From Candidatus Obscuribacteraceae bacterium (GTDB lineage: Bacteria; Cyanobacteriota; Vampirovibrionia; Obscuribacterales; Obscuribacteraceae), in NCBI GenBank assembly GCA_044226015.1, contig JBGAHS010000010.1, positions 96,001 to 160,000 on the forward strand: a stretch of DNA of 64,000 nucleotides. The letters are read 5' to 3'. Shown here piece by piece: positions 49,215-59,492 of this stretch. Both the position numbers and the translations under genes were made by a program. Each line of letters starts with the position of its first letter. The stretch's first letter is position 1. A model generated the notes under the pieces. That model had not been told where the DNA came from and searched no databases. It worked only from the letters and a program-made list of their open reading frames with translations.

Positions 49215-50603
49215 TTATTTCATCGAGATCGATTGACTCGTTGAAGGTGATCTGTGCGCTGTGCTCTTTGCTCTTTCTGCAGCATTTATGCCAGCGAGAT
49301 ACTTCGCAAGATCTTTTATTTCTGCATCGTTAGCTGCCAGTGGTGGCATGATGTTGGAATAGTTGTTCTTTTGAGGGTCTCGCTCCTTGAGGATTTGGAG
49401 GAAGCTCACAATCGCCTGCTCATCACGCTCTCCTATCAGCTTCTTCATGCTGCGGTAGCCTTTTTCAGTATGACACGCCATGCACTGATATCGGAAAACA
49501 ATCTCACCGTTGTGCATTTGGTCTGTCGGAGTAGCAGCTGTTAGTGCAGTCGACCACTTACCTCTGTGAAGGAATCCCTCATCAGCTATCTGTGCGACTT
49601 CATCTTTATGGATTCCATTTGAGTATATGTAATTGTAGACCACGTATGGTTTACGCAACATCTCTCTCATCCACTCTGTTGTACCTGTTGCAGCAAAACC
49701 GCAGATCATGAAAAGCATCGCGATCTTAAAGGTGAAGCCCTTCGGATTCAAGAATGGTCCGAAAAATGCAAATAGAAGAATTGTTCCTGATAGCACAAGA
49801 CTTGTATAAAGCGCTCGTGCGAGAATCGAGAAGTTGCCGACTCCAGAATTCTGAATTCCAGTAAAAATGGTTTGCGCCACAGAATGCGGAATTTGTGTCA
49901 AAAACCAGATCATGCAGAGAGGTCCAAGCAGGAATACTGGAAGGAGCCATTTTGCGCAGTATCTGACCATGAATGTTCTGAATTTTGGTTCTTCGATTCT
50001 GGTGCAGGTAACAAGTGCGTACATTCCGGCAATCGCCAACATGATGAGAAGTCGAATGGCAAGCGACGGGAAGTATGTCGGGTTGAATACTCCATCAAAC
50101 CACCAGTGGCTTGTTAACCACTTGCCAGGCGTTAGCATGAATGTAAGAACGCCGTTGATGATTACCAGCGTAAACACCGAGAATATTGCATATAGTCGAG
50201 CTAGCAGCAAGTGTTGTTCGCGCGAAATGCGGTCCCAAGTGTAGTAGTACGCAAATGCTGTGGCGAGCTCAGCCACGAAGAATAGGTACTCTTCTGCCCA
50301 AGCTAACGTGAAACATTGAATCAATGAAGCAATGCCGTCGGGGCTGACAAGGCTGACGGAAAACCAGATGGCCACACCTGTTACTGCACCAGCCACGGTG
50401 GTCAGCAATACGAAGAAACGCGAGTGCGTTTTTAAGAAGTTGTAGATTCGTTCATCCTTCTTTTTGTAAGCAAGCTGCTCAGCAAATGCGAGATAGATGC
50501 CACCGCCCACCGCGAAATGGGAGATGAAGATGTGAATGATCGAAATGATACCAATTACCCAGGTACCGCCTAGATTTGGTACGACCCAGAGCGGATAGTT
50601 CAT
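49215..50603 (-). CDS. Cytochrome bd subunit I-like membrane protein fused to a C-terminal cytochrome c
   Basis: HIFISHFAVG, WAEEYLFFVAE, FMLTPG.W, EWMRE.LRKPY, CMACH and MPP motifs; ATGA overlap with cytochrome b. Confidence 0.85.
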   Translation of the reverse strand: MNYPLWVVPNLGGTWVIGIISIIHIFISHFAVGGGIYLAFAEQLAYKKKDERIYNFLKTHSRFFVLLTTVAGAVTGVAIWFSVSLVSPDGIASLIQCFTLAWAEEYLFFVAELATAFAYYYTWDRISREQHLLLARLYAIFSVFTLVIINGVLTFMLTPGKWLTSHWWFDGVFNPTYFPSLAIRLLIMLAIAGMYALVTCTRIEEPKFRTFMVRYCAKWLLPVFLLGPLCMIWFLTQIPHSVAQTIFTGIQNSGVGNFSILARALYTSLVLSGTILLFAFFGPFLNPKGFTFKIAMLFMICGFAATGTTEWMREMLRKPYVVYNYIYSNGIHKDEVAQIADEGFLHRGKWSTALTAATPTDQMHNGEIVFRYQCMACHTEKGYRSMKKLIGERDEQAIVSFLQILKERDPQKNNYSNIMPPLAANDAEIKDLAKYLAGINAAERAKSTAHRSPSTSQSISMK

Positions 50604-51694
50604 GATAAAGCTCCCCACAATGAAAAGAAGATCACACCAAGTAAGACGAGAATTCCAAATGCCGTAGACATCTTAGAACGTGATTCGTCTGCTCCGGTGT
50701 CGTAAAGCGGAACCAGGATAAAGCCCAGTCCAACCAGCGCCATGAGTATGATGCCGAACAATTCACCCTCGATAGGTCCAACCATTGGAGGAATGAGCTT
50801 GAGGAATTGGAATGGGGCAAGGAAGTACCATTCTGGCTTAATTCCAAGCGGAGCAGCTCCGAATGGATCGGCTTCAGGTCCGATTCCCCATGGACATAAC
50901 ATAGTTAGAACGAATAGTACATTACAAGCAAATATCCAAACCAGAATGTCTTTGAAAACAAAATCTGGGAAGAATTTCTCGTACTTTTTCTTCTCGTCAG
51001 ATAGCTTTTTGAAGAATGCTGGTTCGGACATACCAAGCACCTGAATGAAAAGTAAATGTGCTCCCAGTATTGCCATTGTCACCAGCGGTAATACTGCGAC
51101 GTGAATCATGAAAAAGCGCGAGATAGTAGCCTGCGAGACCATATCTCCGCCTCTCAACATGTATGCGATAAGTCCACCAACTAGAGGGACCTTAGATGCT
51201 ACGTCGATACCAATCTTTGTTGCAAAGAAAGAAACGTCGTCCCATGGAAGGAGATAGCCAGTGAAACCAAATGCCAGGCATACAACAAGCATTACAAGCC
51301 CAGTCCACCAGGTGAACTCTCTTGGTGCTCTGTAGGCTTTCATAAAATAGGTGCTGAACAAGTGAACGATGACCACAGCGATCATCAAATTAGCACTCCA
51401 GCTATGTAGCGAGCGTATAAACCAACCAAAGTTGATTTGTGAGTTGATCTTTAGAATGCTCGCATGTGCCGAGTTGATTTCGGGGACGTAATAGACCATT
51501 AGTAGTACACCGGTTATTACTTGCACCGCGAACAAAATCGCCGCAATGCCTCCCATGTAGTACCAGACCGAATGCTTGTGGACCGGTACCTTTTTCTTCT
51601 CGGCTAAGTGTTGCAATTCTGCAATTGGCAGTCTTTCAGCCAGAAAGTTTTGCAGGAAATTGCCATTTCTCGATCGTGATGATTCTGATACCAC
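50600..51694 (-). CDS. petB: Cytochrome b of a Rieske/cytb complex (b6 plus subunit IV fused)
   Basis: GWFIRSLHSW, VH, FTGYLLPWD, RFF.IH...LP and KPEWY motifs. Confidence 0.92.
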   Translation of the reverse strand: MVSESSRSRNGNFLQNFLAERLPIAELQHLAEKKKVPVHKHSVWYYMGGIAAILFAVQVITGVLLMVYYVPEINSAHASILKINSQINFGWFIRSLHSWSANLMIAVVIVHLFSTYFMKAYRAPREFTWWTGLVMLVVCLAFGFTGYLLPWDDVSFFATKIGIDVASKVPLVGGLIAYMLRGGDMVSQATISRFFMIHVAVLPLVTMAILGAHLLFIQVLGMSEPAFFKKLSDEKKKYEKFFPDFVFKDILVWIFACNVLFVLTMLCPWGIGPEADPFGAAPLGIKPEWYFLAPFQFLKLIPPMVGPIEGELFGIILMALVGLGFILVPLYDTGADESRSKMSTAFGILVLLGVIFFSLWGALS

Positions 51695-51696
51695 TT

Positions 51697-52236
51697 CTAT
51701 GCCCTCGAAACAATGATTTTGCCGTTAACCACTTCGGCTTTTAGTGCAGCCAGTGGTTTCGGCGGCGGTCCCGCTATGTTCTTTCCTGTATTCGGATCGT
51801 ACTCGCCGCCGTGACATGCGCAGTAAATTTTTTGCATATCATTGCGGAACTGAACCGTACAGCCTAAATGGGTGCAAATTGCATTGAATGCATGGAGTTG
51901 CCCATCATCTGTATGAATCAGCAATGCGGGGAACGAACCAAAGCGAAAGTTTCTGCCAGTTCCTTTTGGCAGTTCTTCCACCTTGCAAACTTCCAGGCTT
52001 GTAACGTTGGCTTTTCCGTCATTGTCGCCAGGTGGAGGATTCAGATAAGCCACGATGGGGGAGATCGTCAGTCCGCCCCAGGCAACAGCGCAAGTGGCAA
52101 AGCAGCCTTTGATGAATTTGCCTCTGTCCAGGCCTTCGTCATCGTCATGACCATTTGAACAAGCACCGCCACCGCATGAGCGTTCGCAGTTCTTGCTTGA
52201 GGCAAGATCTTCGTTTTCTGTCTGGGTCTTATCCAT
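51697..52236 (-). CDS. petC: Rieske [2Fe-2S] protein
   Basis: CTHLGC and CACHGG boxes; GPPPKPL; N-terminal TM anchor. Confidence 0.92.
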   Translation of the reverse strand: MDKTQTENEDLASSKNCERSCGGGACSNGHDDDEGLDRGKFIKGCFATCAVAWGGLTISPIVAYLNPPPGDNDGKANVTSLEVCKVEELPKGTGRNFRFGSFPALLIHTDDGQLHAFNAICTHLGCTVQFRNDMQKIYCACHGGEYDPNTGKNIAGPPPKPLAALKAEVVNGKIIVSRA

Positions 52237-53404
52237 GACTTACTTCTCCTAAAGTGGCAGCTGCTGTGAGTTCTGAGATTGGCTTCTGGTAGCTTCTTAG
52301 AACCAGAGCTGAGAGCCAGACCAGGTACCAGATTAGAGCCACTGTTGAAATGAGGAATACAGCAAGCAGATCCCATTGTGTTGAGACTGCCACTAAATCC
52401 GGTTTCACATGTGGGTTTAGGTGAAATAGACGTAGCTGGTGTCGGTTGACAATCATCGCCAGAATAATTAGTGCATTCGTGATCAGCGTGGCCAGAAATG
52501 CTTTGCCATTTCCATTTCCTGATGCGATAGTGCTAGTGCAAATCGCTACTAGAGTGAGAGCCATCGATAGTCCAAATACTGCAGTAGCGATTTGATCGCC
52601 TCCCATGAAGTTTGCTGCGAATTCAGGCGGCATAACTTTTAGGAACCAGAGCCCCACAGGAATTTGAATTACAGTAGAAATGAGGAATATTTTTGAGCCT
52701 GTTTTGATCATCCACTTTGAGAATTCTGCTTCCTTTTTCGCAATGTAGAGACCAAACATACCTAGAGTCATACCTGCGACGGCAAACGACGCGACGAAAA
52801 AGTGGAGATAACGAGGAATCAACGTGACCTCAGTAGAGTTCAAGTTCATTCCCTTCGCGCTATGTTGGTACATCGCTAGCCATTTTTCAGGATGCAACAT
52901 AAGCGTCATATTGTTAGAGAAAAGATATCCAACTAATGCAAAACCTACGCTCATGAATAAAAGGAGCATAGAAGCTCTGGCGGCTGTCTTTTCATTTTCT
53001 TGTCCCTTCAATGTGCGGTAGACCACAATGTAGGACAGGTAATAGGAAATCAATATGAGCAAGAGTACTGAGATCCAGGGTACTGCCATAATGATTGATG
53101 ATGTATAGAATGCAGGACCGTAAATTAGTTGCAAGAATAAGAGCGGAACAATGCCCTGCGTTATTGCAAATGAGATGAATAGCGGTAGCGATATAGCTAG
53201 CGCTTTAGCAGCTCGGTATGCATACGAGGTTTGATCTTTCTTTCCTAATGCAAACAGGGCGGTGGTTATAAATCCTCCGCCCAAAACAACATTCATCGGT
53301 AGTGCATGCAAGAAAAAGCCTAGAACCAGTAGCGTCTGCATCAGCCAAACAGGCAGTGGGAACGGTAGCGGTTGGTAGCTTGGGATTAAGTGCGCAAGAT
53401 CCAT
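52229..53404 (-). CDS. Polytopic membrane protein, probable second (CydA'-like) subunit of the bd-like oxidase
   Basis: About 9 TM helices; FFLH..MN..LGG, GIVPLLFLQ and RYLHF motifs; first gene of the operon. Confidence 0.72.
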   Translation of the reverse strand: MDLAHLIPSYQPLPFPLPVWLMQTLLVLGFFLHALPMNVVLGGGFITTALFALGKKDQTSYAYRAAKALAISLPLFISFAITQGIVPLLFLQLIYGPAFYTSSIIMAVPWISVLLLILISYYLSYIVVYRTLKGQENEKTAARASMLLLFMSVGFALVGYLFSNNMTLMLHPEKWLAMYQHSAKGMNLNSTEVTLIPRYLHFFVASFAVAGMTLGMFGLYIAKKEAEFSKWMIKTGSKIFLISTVIQIPVGLWFLKVMPPEFAANFMGGDQIATAVFGLSMALTLVAICTSTIASGNGNGKAFLATLITNALIILAMIVNRHQLRLFHLNPHVKPDLVAVSTQWDLLAVFLISTVALIWYLVWLSALVLRSYQKPISELTAAATLGEVSHG

Positions 53405-53702
53405 TTATGCTTCCAGTTTGTTTGTTTTTTTGTTTGTGATTTCCAACATACGATTGGACAGCTCTAAAATCTCAAAATTCCAACTATTTGCCATCGTTCT
53501 AAGGGATACGGATTTAGGAAAATACATGATGCTCAAATGTATTGCGACACAAGGGCTTCTGGTCGCGTATTCTCGGGTTCATGTTTGGTCTTCTAATCCT
53601 TTAGATTGATCAAACATCCATCGGAATTATTTTGATCGAATTCAAATCATTCGCATTACCGATGGTGCGATAGCATTTTTCTTCTATGATGATCTCATAG
53701 AA

Positions 53703-53763
53703 AAGAACAGCGCCGCCAAGCAAAACCCTCTTAAGGGCTCATTAAATGGACGGCGCTGTTCTT
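53703..53763. other. 13-bp perfect inverted repeat enclosing 35 nt (structured RNA or terminator)
   Basis: AAGAACAGCGCCG...CGGCGCTGTTCTT. Confidence 0.6.
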
Positions 53764-54200
53764 CCTTTGGAATCAATTTTGGATCAAAATCGAATCAGCT
53801 TTCATTCAATTTTGATTTCGAAATTGGATAAGTTTGTCTGATTTGTTTTGCGAAAATTCTTTGAGCTTAACGTTAATTGGATTTTTGCAATCTAGCCGGA
53901 AAGGGCTCTATTGCTGCTTTTGCAACCAGTGCATGAACTTTGATCAAGGCTTTTGTATTTAGGACGAGTTTGTCCAATTTGTTTTTGAAAAATTGCTTTT
54001 TTCAACCAATCGAATGATCAATTGGCTGAAAGGAGAAGCCAATTGCCTACAAAATCCCCAAAATGAGCTGCTTTTCGAGTTTACTCAGTCCCGCAGAATT
54101 CTGGACAACTTTGTCCTTTTGTCGCCAATCTTCTCGCTCTCTTTCTGATTGTATGGAACTCAAAGAGCAAAAAGACTTTCACTTTTATGTGGCTTGCGCA

Positions 54201-54587
54201 TCATGCTTCGTACAGCTCAAGCGGCAAATCATCGGGATCGAAAAAGAATGCGAATTTCTTGTTGGTGTATTCATCAACTCTGACTGGCTCGACTCTTACA
54301 CTGTTTTTTTTCAAATGTTCAACGGTCGCTTCCACATCGCTCACAACGAATGCCAGATGCCTTAGACCTCTTGCTTCTGGATTGCTCACTCGCTGCGGTG
54401 GGTCGGGAAATGAAAATAGTTCGATCTGATTATTCTCTCCAACCTGCAAATCGAGTTTATATGACCGTCTCTCCTCACGATAATTTTCCGCGATTATCGG
54501 CAAGCCTAAAATTTGCGTGTAAAAGTGCTTAGACTTTGAGTAGTCCGAGCAAATTATTGCTACATGGTGAATTTGTTTTATTTGCAT
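54201..54587 (-). CDS. VOC/glyoxalase family protein (YaeR/YwkD-like)
   Basis: IHHVAIICSDY..SK.FY..ILG, IELFSFP, GLRHLAF and DPDDLPLELYE motifs. Confidence 0.92.
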   Translation of the reverse strand: MQIKQIHHVAIICSDYSKSKHFYTQILGLPIIAENYREERRSYKLDLQVGENNQIELFSFPDPPQRVSNPEARGLRHLAFVVSDVEATVEHLKKNSVRVEPVRVDEYTNKKFAFFFDPDDLPLELYEA

Positions 54588-54670
54588 TTGCACTTCGTTC
54601 CAAGAAAAAAGCAAAATGCTTGAATCCACCAAATGATGAATGCAAGCATCTTGCCCAAGATAACTAAGTT

Positions 54671-54859
54671 CTATTTCAAAAATTCAAAAGCTTCGTTGAG
54701 CTTCTTTTGAATTGCCGGGTTGGTTGCTTCGTTCATTCGCGAAACTGCTTCGAAGATTGCTTTCAAAGCACTCTCTGCTTTCATCAAGCGTTTTGAAATC
54801 TCATTATCCGTTTTATTTAATTGATCGAGATGATATTTCACATCGAGTTCTTCTGACAT
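54671..54859 (-). CDS. 62-aa helical hypothetical protein
   Basis: GGAGG Shine-Dalgarno; coiled-coil-like sequence. Confidence 0.62.
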   Translation of the reverse strand: MSEELDVKYHLDQLNKTDNEISKRLMKAESALKAIFEAVSRMNEATNPAIQKKLNEAFEFLK

Positions 54860-55089
54860 GTGGCCTCCGGACCTTTATGAAACTGGGCTTAGTATATCTT
54901 CTTTGTAACTATTGAATAGTGAGTGGAACGGGGTGGCACCCTGACTGTCCTGAATTGAATTCTTTCCACCAGAATGAACCTCTGGGCAGCTATCCATGGC
55001 GATGTTGCCAATGCGCTTCGGTCGAATCAAAATATTCCGCATAGCAAACAGCTGAATCTGATCTTTGCTGGTTGAAAAGCGACCCTGAA

Positions 55090-56595
55090 TTAGTTAACTG
55101 GCATTGTCGTAAAGACGAAATCACTCACCGGAGCCAATGCCCGCTCATAACTTTTGACTGATGCTAAAAGGGTTTTGACATCCTTCTTGTCAGAGTCTGT
55201 GTCTGGGTTCAGTTCCAATGCCTGATGAAGTGCAGCAGCTGCAGCATTCAACTTATTTGGGTCGCCTTTGTCTCTTTTGTACTCATGAAATAACGAGACG
55301 CCAAGAGTGTGCCAGAGCTTCCAGTCATCTGGACGGTAACTTATTGCGTGCACGCAACATAATTCGGCTGTGAAATAGTCACCTAGATCTGAACACGCAA
55401 TTGCCAGGTTGTGCCAGCAGCGACCATAGGTAGGGTACAGTTTAAGGGCATTCTGATAATGTGCAATCGCCGAAGTGTAATTGCTGTTTGTGAGGTCCTT
55501 ATTGCCAGCTTCATACTCTGGGACAGCGGAATTATAGGCATCTTCAGAGCCAATACCAGAATAACCACTTGGTGTCGATGGAAGCCCTTTATTAGCTGTT
55601 TCGAAATCCCTTATTGCTTCCTTGTACTTCGAAAGGTGCATGTAAGCCATTCCCCGGTCTCTGGAAGCTTCTCTATCACCAGGTTTTTGCTTCAATATGT
55701 CGTTATAAATTGAAAGGGAATTCTTCAAATCATCGACGATTTGTGCGCCAAGATTGTATTCAGGGTCTGGAATGATGTCGGCTAGAGTGGCTTTCTCTCC
55801 AATGTATTTGTCCAGTGCGAGTAAATCATTCGCATCATGAAACTTGATGGCGTTGTTGCAATCTTGCAGTGCCTCATCAAACTTGCCCAGTTTGTAGTAG
55901 CTCCAGGCTCTTCCTAACAAAGCTGGTCTGTAATCAGGATTTAACGCTATGGCTTGTGAGTAATCATCAACTGATTTTTGGAACTCGTTTGTGTTCTGAT
56001 ATGCTTCTGCTCGCCAATAGAAAGCTCGATCTATCTTTGGATTTGCTTTGATCGCGGCAGACAAATCTGTGATAGCTTCCGGGTATTTTTTCATTCCTTC
56101 ATATGCCGCACCTCTGAGGTAAAGTGCGTATGAAGAGTTTGCATCAAGTTGCAGCAGAGCATTTGCATCTGAAACAGCTTTGTCGAACTCTCGCATCTTG
56201 AGATAGGAACTTGAGCGCAATGCCAGGGCGCTTAATGCATTCGCATCAATCTTCAATGCTGCATCGAGGTTTGCTACAGCATCAGGAAACATGCCGTCTT
56301 CAAAATAGATCTTTCCTTTTAGAATTAGCGAACTAGCGTTTGACGGTTCTAGGCTAAGCGCTTGATTGAGGTCATCCACTGCTTCTTTTCTTAGCCCAAG
56401 CTCGCGCAGCGCTGCAGCTCGTCTCTGATAATTTTCCGAATTGGGTGTTGTTTTGATCTGGTCATTTAATTGTTGAACCAGTGGAGAGGTTCTGACTGGA
56501 AAACCCTGCATCATAACCTGATCTGCACAGACCGGCGTCGAGCTAACAAGTCCTATCAACGCGGACAATACGATGGTTGATTTAAGTTTTTGCAT
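55090..56595 (-). CDS. Secreted TPR protein
   Basis: Signal peptide; multiple A..D...AI..NP TPRs; GAGG before ATG 56595. Confidence 0.88.
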   Translation of the reverse strand: MQKLKSTIVLSALIGLVSSTPVCADQVMMQGFPVRTSPLVQQLNDQIKTTPNSENYQRRAAALRELGLRKEAVDDLNQALSLEPSNASSLILKGKIYFEDGMFPDAVANLDAALKIDANALSALALRSSSYLKMREFDKAVSDANALLQLDANSSYALYLRGAAYEGMKKYPEAITDLSAAIKANPKIDRAFYWRAEAYQNTNEFQKSVDDYSQAIALNPDYRPALLGRAWSYYKLGKFDEALQDCNNAIKFHDANDLLALDKYIGEKATLADIIPDPEYNLGAQIVDDLKNSLSIYNDILKQKPGDREASRDRGMAYMHLSKYKEAIRDFETANKGLPSTPSGYSGIGSEDAYNSAVPEYEAGNKDLTNSNYTSAIAHYQNALKLYPTYGRCWHNLAIACSDLGDYFTAELCCVHAISYRPDDWKLWHTLGVSLFHEYKRDKGDPNKLNAAAAALHQALELNPDTDSDKKDVKTLLASVKSYERALAPVSDFVFTTMPVN

Positions 56596-56809
56596 CCGCA
56601 ACCTCTCAGCTCCTCTAATTGCCAATACTTACTCTGGAACATGAGATTATATAGCAATGCCGTGACTTTTTGCATGCCATAGATGTGACTGAGGTTATTA
56701 GCTAACGAGCGCTCAGCGCTGTAGGATGAGATTGTTCCCCTTTACTAAAGTACTTGAGCAGTTCAGCAGCCGCTGAAGTGACGCTTTTTGATGTTTCTTG
56801 AGGTGTGCA

Positions 56810-58492
56810 ATGAAGAAATCAGATTCTGACAGGCTTTCACGAATCTCCCAGTTGGAGAGAATGTATAAAGATGACTGCGAAGACCGCTATGACAGCTGCT
56901 ACGACGGACCGAGAGAGTACTCCAAATTTAGAAAAAAAGAGCCAAGATATAGTGTAATGTTTAGCATCCTGATTGGACTCAGCGGTGGCATGATGTTAGG
57001 CAATCTTTGTTCTGCTCATGAGTCAACATTCGAGCCTTTTGGAATGGCTATGGTATCACCAGCCTTTATTCCTGCAGGCAGCTCAGAAAGCCAGGTGCAT
57101 ACTTCCATGCAGAATGGCATTGTAAATGTCAGCGACTCTTTGATCACTGGAATTGTCGATAGCGAACACCAAACAGCTTCACTTTACTGGACTTTGAAAT
57201 TGAAGAACAACGAAGGGCAGGATAGAGAAGCTCGAATTTCGATTGACTTGCCAGAGGGGTCAGCAATATCTCGCGCAACTTTATGGATAAACGGGGTTCC
57301 ACAAGAAGCCACATTTGATGCTAAAGGTAAGGTAGAGGCTGCCTACGATTACATCGTTGTAAAACATCGAGACCCTCTCCTCGTTAAGCAGATTGGTCCA
57401 AATAAAGTTCAAGTTCTGGCGGCTCCAGTAAGCGCAAACGGCGGTGAAATGCAACTGCGAATTGGATTGACTGCTCCTGTAAATAAGGTCGACGGAGTGA
57501 CCAGCTTGCAAATGCCAAGCATAGCTGAATCGAATTTGCATTTCGATAAAAAGCAGAACATTCATCTTACTTCAAAAGATCCATTGAGCGGAACAGGTCA
57601 GGTGGAAAACACTGGTATTTACACGCTACGTGCTACCCTGCCTATCGAAGATATGAAAAACGCAAAAGTAAACGTGCCTGAGCAAAGTACGAGAGAATTT
57701 GCCACCAGGCTTACTCACACCAATCCTCCAGAGTATGTGGTGGCGAAACGAGTTGACGGTAGGCTAAGTCTCAAGCGTACTACTGCTCCCGATTGTCCCG
57801 TTGTCAAAGATGAGGACCTTGCTTTTCGTCTTTCGAACCTCTGGGCGCATCAAGAGATAGAATGGCAAGCTCAACAAGGCAACGTAAAACAAGCCTGTGA
57901 TCTAGCGAACATTTACCGAATCGTTTCCTCAGTTTCATCTGCGGCAGTTTTGGAACAAGAGTCCGACTATTCGCGATTCAATCTAAACCGCAATCGGTAT
58001 CAGAATATACAAAGTTCAGCAGACTCGACATCAGCTATATCAATGCCTTCCATTCCTTTCTTTGGTACAGCGCGATCGGCTGAATTGTTTGATTCCCAAT
58101 CAGATACCAATAGTTTATCAGCACCGGTGCAGAACACCGGAAACTACACTGGTTCACAGACTCAGTCTGGTGGAAGCTCAAGTCTTCCAGTGCTACAAGG
58201 TGCCACGAATGGAACTATTGGACCTCAGGGAGTTGATGCTACAGTGATTCAGGGCATGAATGCCAATGGCATTGTTCGAATCGATAACGGCGTTCAGCAA
58301 TATCGCTTACTGTCTCAAATTTTCCAATTCGCTTGTTATGCTCTTGCATTATTTTTCTGTAGCGAATTGGTGCGAAATAGGGCAGGTCAACTTTCGCAAA
58401 ACAAAGGCACCATTCTATGGATCGTTTCATTCACTGCAATGGGGCTGGGCTTGCCATCTCTGATCGCTTGTTTGTTGCATTTCTTCGCTTAA
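56810..58492 (+). CDS. VIT-domain membrane protein
   Basis: REARI.I.LPEGS.IS.ATLWING..QEA and AYD.IV..RDPLL motifs; N- and C-terminal TM segments. Confidence 0.78.
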   Translation: MKKSDSDRLSRISQLERMYKDDCEDRYDSCYDGPREYSKFRKKEPRYSVMFSILIGLSGGMMLGNLCSAHESTFEPFGMAMVSPAFIPAGSSESQVHTSMQNGIVNVSDSLITGIVDSEHQTASLYWTLKLKNNEGQDREARISIDLPEGSAISRATLWINGVPQEATFDAKGKVEAAYDYIVVKHRDPLLVKQIGPNKVQVLAAPVSANGGEMQLRIGLTAPVNKVDGVTSLQMPSIAESNLHFDKKQNIHLTSKDPLSGTGQVENTGIYTLRATLPIEDMKNAKVNVPEQSTREFATRLTHTNPPEYVVAKRVDGRLSLKRTTAPDCPVVKDEDLAFRLSNLWAHQEIEWQAQQGNVKQACDLANIYRIVSSVSSAAVLEQESDYSRFNLNRNRYQNIQSSADSTSAISMPSIPFFGTARSAELFDSQSDTNSLSAPVQNTGNYTGSQTQSGGSSSLPVLQGATNGTIGPQGVDATVIQGMNANGIVRIDNGVQQYRLLSQIFQFACYALALFFCSELVRNRAGQLSQNKGTILWIVSFTAMGLGLPSLIACLLHFFA

Positions 58493-58530
58493 GTAGTGGT
58501 GGTCTACATAGCGATTAAATGCTGCATAAA

Positions 58531-58561
58531 ATGATGAGTCCGCCTGCAGCGGACTCATCAT
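58531..58561. terminator. Terminator-like hairpin between convergent genes
   Basis: ATGATGAGTCCGC-CTGCA-GCGGACTCATCAT. Confidence 0.72.
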
Positions 58562-58621
58562 GCCTTTTAAAGCATCTATTTGAGGTCCCAGTAGTGCGAC
58601 ATATGAGGCTTTCTATTAAAA

Positions 58622-59485
58622 CTATTGCTTGAGCCCTGAAGGAACACCGTTAGGATAGCGCTCTGCGATAGCCTCCTTAATGTGCTCGATTCGATGCTCT
58701 GGGTTGGGATGTGTTGAGAAAAATTCCGGCGTCTTGCTGGAGCTAGATTTTTGCAAGATTTCCATCACGCGAATCATACTGTTAGGATCGTATCCCGCTT
58801 CAGATAAAAATCTTACACCTAGGCTGTCGGATTCAATTTCATCGTTCCGTCCGTACTTCATGTTAACTGCAGAGCCAATCATTGCTGCAACCGCTGCTGT
58901 CGCTCTGCTATTGTTGTTATCTGGATCGTATGTTGCGATTACTGCTGCACCAGTGAGTCCTTGCGTCAATTCCTGTTTCGCGATGTGTTGCGCCGAGTGG
59001 CGAGCAACTACATGTCCAACTTCGTGTCCGAGCACTCCCGCTAATTCACCTGTGCTGCCTAGCTTCTTGTACAACCCTTCGGTTATGAATATTTGTCCAC
59101 CGGGCAAAGCGAAGGCATTTATCGTTTGACTGTCTTTAAGCAAATGGAAATCAAATTTGTACGGTGTTTTCGCTGCTGAAGAGTGTGAAACTATGTAATT
59201 GCCAATCTCTGATACCTTTGATTGTCCGCCGGGGTCGTTTGCAGCTGTGCCACCATATTGCTCTGCCATTTGCGGAGCCGCTTGCAGACCTAGTGCGATT
59301 TCCTGGTTAGGACTCATACTCAGGTGCTGGTTCTTTTCCGTTATGGGGTTATATTCATTGTGACTGAGGAATCCGATTATTGAGAATGCGGCTACTCCAA
59401 GAGCAAGAAGTAGCTTTAGCCCAGGACCCGATCGACGCTCGCTGCCATAACGAATATCTTGTCTATCTGACAGTAGTATTCCCAT
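58622..59485 (-). CDS. M48 family zinc metalloprotease
   Basis: NAFALPGG, LGHEVGH, E.ESD, GYDP and STHP motifs. Confidence 0.93.
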   Translation of the reverse strand: MGILLSDRQDIRYGSERRSGPGLKLLLALGVAAFSIIGFLSHNEYNPITEKNQHLSMSPNQEIALGLQAAPQMAEQYGGTAANDPGGQSKVSEIGNYIVSHSSAAKTPYKFDFHLLKDSQTINAFALPGGQIFITEGLYKKLGSTGELAGVLGHEVGHVVARHSAQHIAKQELTQGLTGAAVIATYDPDNNNSRATAAVAAMIGSAVNMKYGRNDEIESDSLGVRFLSEAGYDPNSMIRVMEILQKSSSSKTPEFFSTHPNPEHRIEHIKEAIAERYPNGVPSGLKQ

Positions 59486-59492
59486 CTTTACC

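Noticed and set aside
53600..54060. Replication origin
   Set aside because: AT-rich, but I found no TTATCCACA-type DnaA box cluster and no origin-linked genes
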